This document shows, piece by piece, positions 25,198 to 32,000 of a DNA stretch of 32,000 nucleotides; the first letter of the stretch is position 1; each line of letters starts with the position of its first letter. The stretch covers positions 179,088 to 211,087 of the forward strand of contig NZ_BCZP01000012.1 in NCBI RefSeq assembly GCF_001598795.1, read 5' to 3'. Origin of the DNA: Delftia acidovorans NBRC 14950 (GTDB lineage Bacteria > Pseudomonadota > Gammaproteobacteria > Burkholderiales > Burkholderiaceae_C). Below the pieces are notes generated by a model. The model had not been told where the DNA came from, ran no database searches, and was given only the letters and a program-made list of their open reading frames with translations. Both the position numbers and the translations under genes were made by a program.

Positions 25198-25415
25198 TGC
25201 GGTGATAGCCGCGCCGCCGGTCTCCCGGCACGTCCCCTGTCCATGGAACGGCTGGTCCAGCGCCTCTCGCGGGCTCTTTGCCGTAGGTCATGCGCAGAGG
25301 CGAAGGTTAGTACCTTTGCTGGCGTGATGTGTGGGCCTCCCTTACGCAGCAATCGTCTGGATTGCCGACGCTGCCAGCAGCACAATGAAGTCAAGGTAAC
25401 AAGCAGACTTCAACG

Positions 25416-25586
25416 ATGCAAGAAATGAGATGCGCCAGTTGCAATCGCAAGCTGGCTGTTGGAGTGTTCCAGCACCTGAACATCAAGTGCCCGCGCTGCG
25501 GGACGCTGAATTCCTTGAGGGTCGAGAACCCCAAACCTGAGTGCCATCGAGCGCCTGTGAAAACAACTGAAAGGCAGTCTCCATGA
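25416..25586 (+). CDS. Mu Com-type zinc-ribbon protein (not in the ORF track)
   Basis: My own translation gives MQEMRCASCNRKLAVGVFQHLNIKCPRCGTLNSLRVENPKPECHRAPVKTTERQSP (56 aa). 'RCxxCNrkL....f....IKCPRCgt.N' parallels Mu Com 'IRCKNCNKLL...IEIRCPRCKR'. Its stop overlaps the next ATG (ATGA at 25583-25586). Confidence 0.7.
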   Translation: MQEMRCASCNRKLAVGVFQHLNIKCPRCGTLNSLRVENPKPECHRAPVKTTERQSP

Positions 25587-25939
25587 CCACTCTCGCAAAT
25601 CCCACGCCTATCGGCGCGATGTTCGCCAACCTTGCGTTCAGCACTACGCCCGTGCAGATCGTTTCCCCGTCTTCGAACCTCCACGGCATCGTGATCCGCA
25701 CCTGCTACATGAGCGCCGTTGCGGGCGTCATGGGTGTGCAGCTCTACGCAGATCGCTCGGCGCCCTCGGGCTTCGCGGACGCCACAAAACGAGTGATCCT
25801 GATCGGCAACCCGATTCCTTCCATCGCGCTGCAGTATTCGCTGTATGTGCCACCTGGTCTGGGCCTGTGGGCTGTCGGTTCGGGTACAGGCGGCAGCGTT
25901 GAGATCACCTACGACGTTTTGACCGCTCCGCTTGCCTAA
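25583..25939 (+). CDS. Hypothetical 118-aa protein coupled to the Com-like gene
   Basis: Sensible beta-rich composition with no signal peptide. No family recognised. A terminator follows. Confidence 0.6.
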   Translation: MTTLANPTPIGAMFANLAFSTTPVQIVSPSSNLHGIVIRTCYMSAVAGVMGVQLYADRSAPSGFADATKRVILIGNPIPSIALQYSLYVPPGLGLWAVGSGTGGSVEITYDVLTAPLA

Positions 25940-25962
25940 CAGCCGAGCGCTAGGACTATCTC

Positions 25963-25997
25963 AAGCCCGCTGGCGCTGCCAACGGGCTTTTCTGTTT
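25963..25997 (+). terminator. Intrinsic terminator
   Basis: AAGCCCGcTGGC (25963-25974) pairs with GCCaaCGGGCTT (25978-25989) across a 3-nt loop, with one mismatch. TTTCTGTTT follows. Confidence 0.6.
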
Positions 25998-26258
25998 CCG
26001 CCTTGAGCCAGTCAGGGCGCGCGCCGCGATCCGAGCGCGCGGGGTTCTCTGCCGCGAGCTGCCGCGGTGCTGGCTGCGAAGCGAACGGCGTATCCCCAGC
26101 GGCATTGCGCCGTGAGTCCGATGGGGAAATGAATTAATTAGTTGTCTTGCTAATATTCAACAAATAGTCAGGAAGTATTAAATACTCTAATTAGACTTGG
26201 TACGTGCTAATGATAATCGTTAGCACCATAACCATTTATTGAGAATAGGGAGCTTTGC

Positions 26259-26705
26259 ATGAAGAAGTCTTTGTTTGCTGCTGTGGGTGTTTTGGCGGCA
26301 TTGGGGGCGGCGTCCAACGCATTTGCCGCAGGCAATTTGGAACAGGCGCATATTTGCGTCGTGTCTGGCTGGGCGTGTGACCAAGCCGATCCGAGCTACA
26401 CCGGTAGCGTTCTGGTGTACCACAGCGATGGGCGACTGATTCGCAAGCTGACTGCCAACCACACCCGTGAGCCCGGCGTGGGTGCTGCCTGCGGTGGTAA
26501 TTCCAACCGTGGTTTTGCTGGAGAGCTGGATACAACTCCTGGACAGGATTTCTCCGAGGGCTACCACAACGTTCGTGTGTACTTTGAGCGTCGCAATGGA
26601 TCGCTGCTCGAAATCAGTGGATCGCCTCGAGTTGTGCTGTTTGGCCCCGCGCAGCTGAGCCCTGGACCCAACGAGTGTGCTAATCCGCGAGGCTGGGGAA
26701 ACTAA
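26259..26705 (+). CDS. Secreted protein of unknown function (moron)
   Basis: 148 aa with a Sec signal 'MKKSLFAAVGVLAALGAASNAFA' and AGGGAG as SD. Several Cys residues. An AT-rich upstream island suggests its own promoter. Confidence 0.7.
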   Translation: MKKSLFAAVGVLAALGAASNAFAAGNLEQAHICVVSGWACDQADPSYTGSVLVYHSDGRLIRKLTANHTREPGVGAACGGNSNRGFAGELDTTPGQDFSEGYHNVRVYFERRNGSLLEISGSPRVVLFGPAQLSPGPNECANPRGWGN

Positions 26706-26747
26706 TTCGGTTGAATAGTTCCTGAGCCGCACGGCGCCTCATTCACC

Positions 26748-26769
26748 AACCCGGCATTGCCGGGTTTTT
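26748..26769 (+). terminator. Intrinsic terminator
   Basis: AACCCGGC-att-GCCGGGTT followed by TTT. Confidence 0.65.
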
Positions 26770-26872
26770 CGTTCCTGAGGGGGCGTATATCAGCCGCGAC
26801 CAGGCCCATCCGGCACAGCATGCATTGCGTGGGGTGTAAGGTCTGCGTGGCGGCGCCTGTCAAGGAGGGTAG

Positions 26873-27199
26873 ATGCTCAAGACGCTCAAGAGCACGCTGC
26901 CCGTACTGGACACCCGCCGCGTGCAGACAATGCAGGCCGGCAGCTGGCGCACCAGCGATCAGACGGCAGCGCAGCGCGGCTACGGCTACAAGTGGCAGCA
27001 GGCACGCGCGGGCTTCTTGCGCTCGCATCCGCTTTGCGTGATGTGCCAGGCCGAGGGCGTGGTGACCGCAGCCACGGTGGTCGACCACAAGATCCCGCAC
27101 CGCGGCGATCAAGCGCTGTTCTGGGACCGAGGCAACTGGCAAAGCCTTTGTGCCACGCACCACAGCAGGGACAAGCAACGCGAGGAGCAGACGCAATGA
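26873..27199 (+). CDS. Phage HNH endonuclease (terminase-associated)
   Basis: 108 aa. 'GYGYKWQQAR..FL..HPLCVMC...G....ATVVDHKIPH.....LFWD..NWQSLCATHH' is the HNH pattern. It lies just upstream of the terminase genes. Confidence 0.88.
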   Translation: MLKTLKSTLPVLDTRRVQTMQAGSWRTSDQTAAQRGYGYKWQQARAGFLRSHPLCVMCQAEGVVTAATVVDHKIPHRGDQALFWDRGNWQSLCATHHSRDKQREEQTQ

Positions 27200-27597
27200 A
27201 AGTCAGAGCACTGAAGAAGCGCGCCCAACGGTTGACGAGGCTTCGCATCGGCTGGGTCACAAGGAGGAGGCTGGACGCTTTGGTGCAGGCTGTCGCGTCG
27301 GCGCATCTGAAGTTCTTCGAAGAGCTGGCGGGGAAATTCGATCTGATCGCCAGAGAGCTACCTGCCGAGCATCAGTTCCAAGCTGGTGACTACGCCACCC
27401 GGGACGGCACGGACGTGCAGCTGGTGACCTACGCCAACGACCGATATGCAGACTTCCTGTGCCTGAAGGCGCCGCGCACCGGCTGGATCGGCGTCGGAGA
27501 GGTCGAGCACAACGGCCAGTGGAAGTACACGCCGCTGACGGCCGAGGAGGCTCGGGGTATGGGCGCGGTGCTCGAAGCGGCGCCAGAGCCCGCCTGA
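27196..27597 (+). CDS. Hypothetical phage protein
   Basis: The ATG at 27196 forms an ATGA overlap with the HNH stop; 133 aa. No family recognised. Confidence 0.5.
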   Translation: MKVRALKKRAQRLTRLRIGWVTRRRLDALVQAVASAHLKFFEELAGKFDLIARELPAEHQFQAGDYATRDGTDVQLVTYANDRYADFLCLKAPRTGWIGVGEVEHNGQWKYTPLTAEEARGMGAVLEAAPEPA

Positions 27598-27731
27598 CGC
27601 GATCCAGAGGCATTGCCGGGGCGGCCAGGGGAGGGGGTGGGGCAAAGTCTGGAGCCCTCGCCGGCCTAGACCGCCCTGTTCCGCACGCGCGAGAAATTTC
27701 CCCCTATTCAAATAATTCAAATGGAGTTGCT

Positions 27732-28028
27732 ATGTCCGGAGTCAAAGGGCGCAGCGGCGGCGCGCGTCCGGGCGCCGGCCGTCCACCGAAAGAGCCCGCA
27801 TACCTGAACCTGAGCGTCACCTACGACGAGCCCGCCAAGTTCCTCAAGGCGGTGATGAACGACAGCGGCACCGAAGCCAAGCTGCGGATTGACGCTGCGA
27901 AAGCGCTGCTGTCCGCAGAGGTCCGCCGCGGCGAGAACGGGGGCAAGAAGGCCGCACGCGCTGGCGCTGCCGCCACCCGAGCGAAGAGTGGGAAGTACGC
28001 ATCGGCCGCACCGCCGAACCTGCAGTAG
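27732..28028 (+). CDS. Terminase small subunit (P27-like)
   Basis: The ATG at 27732 follows GGAG. 'MSGVKGRSGGARPGAGRPPK' is a typical small-terminase N-terminus. The gene lies immediately upstream of terL. Confidence 0.7.
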   Translation: MSGVKGRSGGARPGAGRPPKEPAYLNLSVTYDEPAKFLKAVMNDSGTEAKLRIDAAKALLSAEVRRGENGGKKAARAGAAATRAKSGKYASAAPPNLQ

Positions 28029-28038
28029 GAGGGGCCGA

Positions 28039-29748
28039 ATGCCTGAATGGTCTACCGCATGCGTTGACTGGGCTGAGCGGATCCGGGAGGGACGCTCGAT
28101 CATCCCGCCGCCGATCTTTCCTGAGGAGGCCGAGGCGGGCCTGGCCGTGATGCGGGATCTGCGCATCGTGGACGCCCCGGGAAGCCCACGCATGGCTGAC
28201 GCCTGCGGGCAGTGGATCTTTGATCTGGCTGGCTCCATCTTCGGTGCCTACGACGCCCAAAGCGGCCGCCGGCTCATCAAGGAATGGTTCGTGATGCTGC
28301 CGAAGAAGAACTTCAAGTCCGGCTTGGCGGCATCCATCATGCTTACCTGCTTGGTGCGCAATTGGCGCCGGTCGGCCGAGTTCACCATCCTGGCTCCAAC
28401 AAAGGAAGTGGCTGACAACAGCTTCACTCCGGCCAAAGACATGGTGCAGTACCTCGAAGAGAGCGAGGACGAGGATGAGGAGCCCTACAGCGAGTTGGCG
28501 GAATTGATCCATGTGCAGGACAGCCAGCGGATCCTGACCCATCGCAGCATGGGCGCGAAACTGAAGGTAATCGCGGCGGACACGAATACCGTTTCCGGCA
28601 AGAAGTCTGCAGTGCTGCTGGTGGAGGAGCTTTGGCTGTTCGGCAAGATCGCCAAGGCAAAGGACATGCTGCGGGAAGCTGGCGGCGGGTTGGCTGCACG
28701 CCCCGAAGGTTTCATCCTGTACATCACCACCCAGAGCGACGAGGAGCCCGCGGGCGTGTTCAAGGAGAAGCTGGAGTACGCGAGGGGTGTGCGCGACGGC
28801 ACCATCATTGATCCCGAGTTCCTGCCCATACTGTTCGAGCACCCGCCAGAGCTGGTGAAGAACGAGGGCTGCATGCTCCTGGAGAACCTGGCCATGGTGA
28901 ACCCCAATCTGGGGTACTCGGTGGACCGGCCGTTCTTGGAGCGCGAGTTTCGCAAGGCGCAGCAGGAGGGCAAGGAGTCGCTCAAAGGCATGCTGGCCAA
29001 GTACGGCAACGTTGAGGTCGGCCTGAAGCAACGTTCCAACAGCTGGGCCGGTGCAGAGTTCTGGGAGCTTCGTGGGAACCGCCGCATTTCGCTCGAATAC
29101 ATCCTGCGCGAGTGCGAGGTCGTTGTGGTCGGGATTGACGGTGGCGGGCTGGATGACTTGCTGGGCTTAGCTGTTGAGGGGCGTCACCGAGGCGTGACTC
29201 GCTGCGCGCTCTGGAACAAGGCATGGATCCATCCCATCGGCATCGAACGGCGTAAGTCGGAGGAGCCGAGATACCGAGACTTCGAGCGCGACGGCGACCT
29301 AGTCGTGGTGGAGCGCCCGGGGCAGGATCTGGAGGAGCTCGCGGCGGTCTGCAAGGAGATCTACGACGCCGGCCTACTGGCGCGCATCGGTCTGGACCCT
29401 GAGCGAACGCACAAGGTTGTGTACCAGGCGCTCATTGATGCCGGGATACCGGAGGAAATGATCATCGGCATCTCGCAGGGTTGGAAGCTCACCGGCGCCA
29501 TGGCTGTCGCGGAGCGGGGCCTGGAGGATGGGAGTCTTACTCACGCGGCACAGCCTCTCATGGCCTGGTGTGTGGGCAATGCGAAGGTGGTGCCCTCAGG
29601 CAATGCCTCGCTGATCACGAAGCAGGCCAGCGGCACAGGGAAGATTGATCCGCTGATGGCCTCCTTGAACGCCGTCACGCTCATGGCCACCAATCCGCAG
29701 GCCAAGGGGCCATCCGTCTACGAGACGCGCGGCATGCGCTTTCTATAG
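28039..29748 (+). CDS. Terminase large subunit
   Basis: The ATG at 28039 follows AGGAGGGG; 569 aa. The layout is Terminase_1-type, with an ATPase N-half and a nuclease 'VVVGIDGGGLDDL' C-half. Portal follows. Confidence 0.9.
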   Translation: MPEWSTACVDWAERIREGRSIIPPPIFPEEAEAGLAVMRDLRIVDAPGSPRMADACGQWIFDLAGSIFGAYDAQSGRRLIKEWFVMLPKKNFKSGLAASIMLTCLVRNWRRSAEFTILAPTKEVADNSFTPAKDMVQYLEESEDEDEEPYSELAELIHVQDSQRILTHRSMGAKLKVIAADTNTVSGKKSAVLLVEELWLFGKIAKAKDMLREAGGGLAARPEGFILYITTQSDEEPAGVFKEKLEYARGVRDGTIIDPEFLPILFEHPPELVKNEGCMLLENLAMVNPNLGYSVDRPFLEREFRKAQQEGKESLKGMLAKYGNVEVGLKQRSNSWAGAEFWELRGNRRISLEYILRECEVVVVGIDGGGLDDLLGLAVEGRHRGVTRCALWNKAWIHPIGIERRKSEEPRYRDFERDGDLVVVERPGQDLEELAAVCKEIYDAGLLARIGLDPERTHKVVYQALIDAGIPEEMIIGISQGWKLTGAMAVAERGLEDGSLTHAAQPLMAWCVGNAKVVPSGNASLITKQASGTGKIDPLMASLNAVTLMATNPQAKGPSVYETRGMRFL

Positions 29749-29759
29749 GGCACGACCAC

Positions 29760-31001
29760 ATGAAGATATTCGACAAGCTGTTCCGGCGGGATGGGCCGGA
29801 GGCTCAGTCGCGCCCGCGAGCCAGTTCGGAAGGAATTACCTTCCAGGGGCTGGACGACCCGGCGCTGCTGGAGTTCATCCGCAACGGCCAGATGGGCGCA
29901 TCGAACCGGATGCTGCGCAACACCTCGGCGCTGCGCTGTCTCTCGCTGATCGGCAATGGCCTGGGCATGCTGCCCACCAGCCTTTACCGGGCCGGAGACG
30001 ACAAGGAGGTCGCCAGGGAGCACCCAGCGCACAAGCTGCTGCGCTACAAGCCGAACCCCTGGCAAACACCGATGGAGTTCAAGAGCCAGATGCAGCTGCT
30101 GCTGGAGACCGAGGGCAACGCATACGCGCGCATCATCCGCGCCGCCGGGCGCCCGATCCACCTGATCCCCTTCGAAAAGGGCAAGGTGGACGCCAAGCTG
30201 GGCAGCGGATGGCGCATGCAATACCGCTGCATGACCGAGAACGGCGGGCAGATCACTCTGGATCAGGAGGAGATCCTGCATGTGCGCGAGATCTCGTTCG
30301 ACGGCGTGCTGGGACTGTCCAAGCGGCAGCTGTCCAACGAGGTCTTCGAGCTGGCCGAGCAGGCGCAGCGCGCGGCCGGCAACATCTTCAAGACTGGCGT
30401 GATGGCTGGGGGCGCGATAGAGACGCCGAATGCTCTCTCAGACCAGGCGTACAACCGCATGCGGGCCTCGCTGGACCAGGGACTGAGCGGCTCCGAGAAC
30501 GTCAACAAATGGATGATCGCGGAGGAGGGGGCCAAGGCCAATCCCTTCACCTCGACGGCCAAGGACGGCCAGCAGCTGGAAAGCCGCAACCACCAGATCG
30601 AGGAGGTCGCCCGCCTGTACGGCGTGCCCCGCCCGCTGCTGATGATGGATGACACAAGTTGGGGCTCCGGCATTGAGCAACTGGCCATCTTCTTCGTGCA
30701 ATTCACGATGACGCCGCGCTTCACGGCATGGGAGCAGGCCCTGGAGCGCTCGCTGCTGACGGATGCAGAGCGGGGCCACTACTACTTCAAGTTCAACGAG
30801 CGCGCGCTGCTGCGCGGCACGCTCAAGGACCAGGCGGACTACTTCGCCAAGGCGCTGGGCGCCGGTGGCCACCAGCCATGGCACACGGCCAACGAGGTCC
30901 GCGACCTGGCTGAGTACCCGGCAGACCCGAACCCGAAGTTCAACACCCTGGGCGATCCCTCGGGGAAGAAAGCAAGCAATGAGCCTCAAACAACTACCTG
31001 A
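29760..31001 (+). CDS. Portal protein, HK97 family
   Basis: 413 aa. 'PNPWQTPMEFKSQMQLLLETEGNAYARI' is the typical HK97-family portal motif. It sits between terL and the prohead protease. Confidence 0.9.
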   Translation: MKIFDKLFRRDGPEAQSRPRASSEGITFQGLDDPALLEFIRNGQMGASNRMLRNTSALRCLSLIGNGLGMLPTSLYRAGDDKEVAREHPAHKLLRYKPNPWQTPMEFKSQMQLLLETEGNAYARIIRAAGRPIHLIPFEKGKVDAKLGSGWRMQYRCMTENGGQITLDQEEILHVREISFDGVLGLSKRQLSNEVFELAEQAQRAAGNIFKTGVMAGGAIETPNALSDQAYNRMRASLDQGLSGSENVNKWMIAEEGAKANPFTSTAKDGQQLESRNHQIEEVARLYGVPRPLLMMDDTSWGSGIEQLAIFFVQFTMTPRFTAWEQALERSLLTDAERGHYYFKFNERALLRGTLKDQADYFAKALGAGGHQPWHTANEVRDLAEYPADPNPKFNTLGDPSGKKASNEPQTTT

Positions 31002-31824
31002 GATCCGCGCGGATCACCGGCTGTCCAAGGCTGGATTCGACCTGCGCCCTGATGCGGTGGACCGATGGGAGCCCGAGGTGCGAGCCTCGGCCAGCGACGC
31101 GGAAACGAGCATCTCCATCTACGACTCCATCGGGGAGAACTGGGAGGGCACGGGCGTCACGGCCAAGCGCATCGGCGCCGCACTGCGCAACATCGGTGCG
31201 CGCGACGTGACGGTCAACCTCAACTCCCCGGGTGGCGACTTCTTCGAGGGCATGGCCATCTACAACCTGCTGCGCGAGCACAAGGCCAAGGTGACCATCC
31301 GCGTGCTGGGCGTGGCCGCCTCGGTGGCTTCGGTGATTGCCATGGCCGGCGACGAGATCCTGATGGGTGATGGCTCGTTCCTGATGATCCACAACGCCTG
31401 GGCCGTGGCCGTCGGAAACCGCCACGACATGACCGACACAGCCGCCGTGCTGGCGCCGTTCGATGCCGCGATGGCTGCGCTGTATGCCCACCGCTCCGGG
31501 ATCACCGAGGCTGAGGCCGCGATGCTGATGGATCGCGAAACCTGGATCGGTGCGCAACAAGCAGTCGATGACGGCTTCGCCACTGGCCTGCTGCCCAGCT
31601 CGGAGATAACCCGCACGGCCCAAGCATCTGGCGCGCGCAAGCCGCTGGCGCTGATCGAGGCCTCAATGGCCAAGGCCGGCTACTCGCGCAATGCGCGCAG
31701 AGATGCGTTCAAAGCCCTGTTTTCCAACGGCACGCCGGGCGCTGCCGATCCTGGGGCCACGCCGCGCGCTGGCCCTGAAGTCGCAGCCTCGCTGCAATCG
31801 CTGCTGGACACGATGCGCGTGTAG
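30979..31824 (+). CDS. Prohead (head maturation) protease, ClpP/S14-like
   Basis: The ATG at 30979 overlaps the portal 3' end. It has 'VNLNSPGGDFFEGMAIYN', 'GVAASVASVIAMAGD' (Ser) and 'LMIHNAW' (His). Confidence 0.85.
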   Translation: MSLKQLPEIRADHRLSKAGFDLRPDAVDRWEPEVRASASDAETSISIYDSIGENWEGTGVTAKRIGAALRNIGARDVTVNLNSPGGDFFEGMAIYNLLREHKAKVTIRVLGVAASVASVIAMAGDEILMGDGSFLMIHNAWAVAVGNRHDMTDTAAVLAPFDAAMAALYAHRSGITEAEAAMLMDRETWIGAQQAVDDGFATGLLPSSEITRTAQASGARKPLALIEASMAKAGYSRNARRDAFKALFSNGTPGAADPGATPRAGPEVAASLQSLLDTMRV

Positions 31825-31849
31825 ACCGCAGCAACCACCAACCCAATCG

Positions 31850-31869
31850 GCCGCCCTTGAGGCGGCTTT
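31850..31869 (+). terminator. Short hairpin between protease and capsid genes (possible attenuator)
   Basis: GCCGCC-cttga-GGCGGC followed by TTTG. The stem is weak. Confidence 0.3.
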
Positions 31870-31892
31870 GTCATTTCTGAAAGGGCCACACC

Positions 31893-32000
31893 ATGGCAAA
31901 GCAACACACCGCACGTCCCGTTCCCCGCGGCATCATGTCCGTTCGTGCCGAGGCACCCAGCAACGCCGAAGTCAAGGCGTTGATTGATGGCCTGCAGCAG
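31893..32000 (+). CDS. Major capsid protein, 5' end (truncated by window)
   Basis: The ATG at 31893 follows AAAGGG. 'MAKQHTARPVPRGIMSVRAEAPSNAEVKALIDGLQQ' stays open to the window end. The position after the prohead protease fits an HK97-type capsid. Confidence 0.55.
   Translation, partial: MAKQHTARPVPRGIMSVRAEAPSNAEVKALIDGLQQ

Larger units (their letters stand above)
8961..32000. mobile_element. Temperate lambdoid/HK97-like prophage (left part; runs off the window end), integrated at the tRNA-Lys 3' end
   Basis: A tyrosine integrase lies directly beside the tRNA 3' end. It is followed by complete lysogeny, replication and head-morphogenesis modules. Composition becomes lower and patchier than in the host part, judged by eye. 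The att core probably overlaps the tRNA 3' end, and the second att is outside the window. Confidence 0.9.

Noticed and set aside
1-32000. I looked for CRISPR arrays, long tandem repeats, IS elements, rRNA, additional tRNAs, and a second copy of the tRNA-Lys 3' end (attR).
   Set aside because: None was seen by eye. The only repeat families found are the short operator-like motifs, the iterons and the terminator stems reported above. The attR site is expected beyond the window end.

Overview
The window has two parts. Positions 1-8960 are ordinary high-GC, betaproteobacterial-type (Comamonadaceae-like, inferred) chromosome. They carry holB, a PilZ-type gene, tatD, a Tat-signal ankyrin protein, msbA (minus strand), tolB-pal-cpoB, tcdA and tRNA-Lys(UUU). 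From the 3' end of that tRNA to the window end (about 8961-32000) lies the left ~23 kb of a temperate lambdoid/HK97-like prophage, which continues past the window. Its order is: integrase, DUF4224-like gene and excisionase-type HTH; a translationally coupled three-gene accessory operon; a Rha/KilAC antirepressor; then an immunity region bounded by two promoter/operator regions that share sequence motifs. After a cI-type repressor and divergent cro-like gene come a cII-like gene, a replication organizer with internal iterons, a Toprim/DnaB-type primase-helicase, and a zinc-ribbon Q-like candidate with a promoter-plus-terminator arrangement. A block of moron genes follows, then HNH, terS, terL, portal, ClpP-type prohead protease and the start of the capsid gene. 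The best candidates for undescribed biology are three. (1) A visibly AT-richer two-gene module directly downstream of cI, in the lambda rexAB-equivalent slot: a signal-peptide protein plus a truncated ClpP-fold Ser/His protein, with its own promoter and inverted repeats. (2) A pair of low-GC lipoprotein genes in the same immunity region. (3) A 56-aa Mu Com-type zinc-ribbon ORF, too short for the ORF track, translationally coupled to an unknown 118-aa protein. All homology statements come from by-eye motif recognition. No searches or numerical computations were run.
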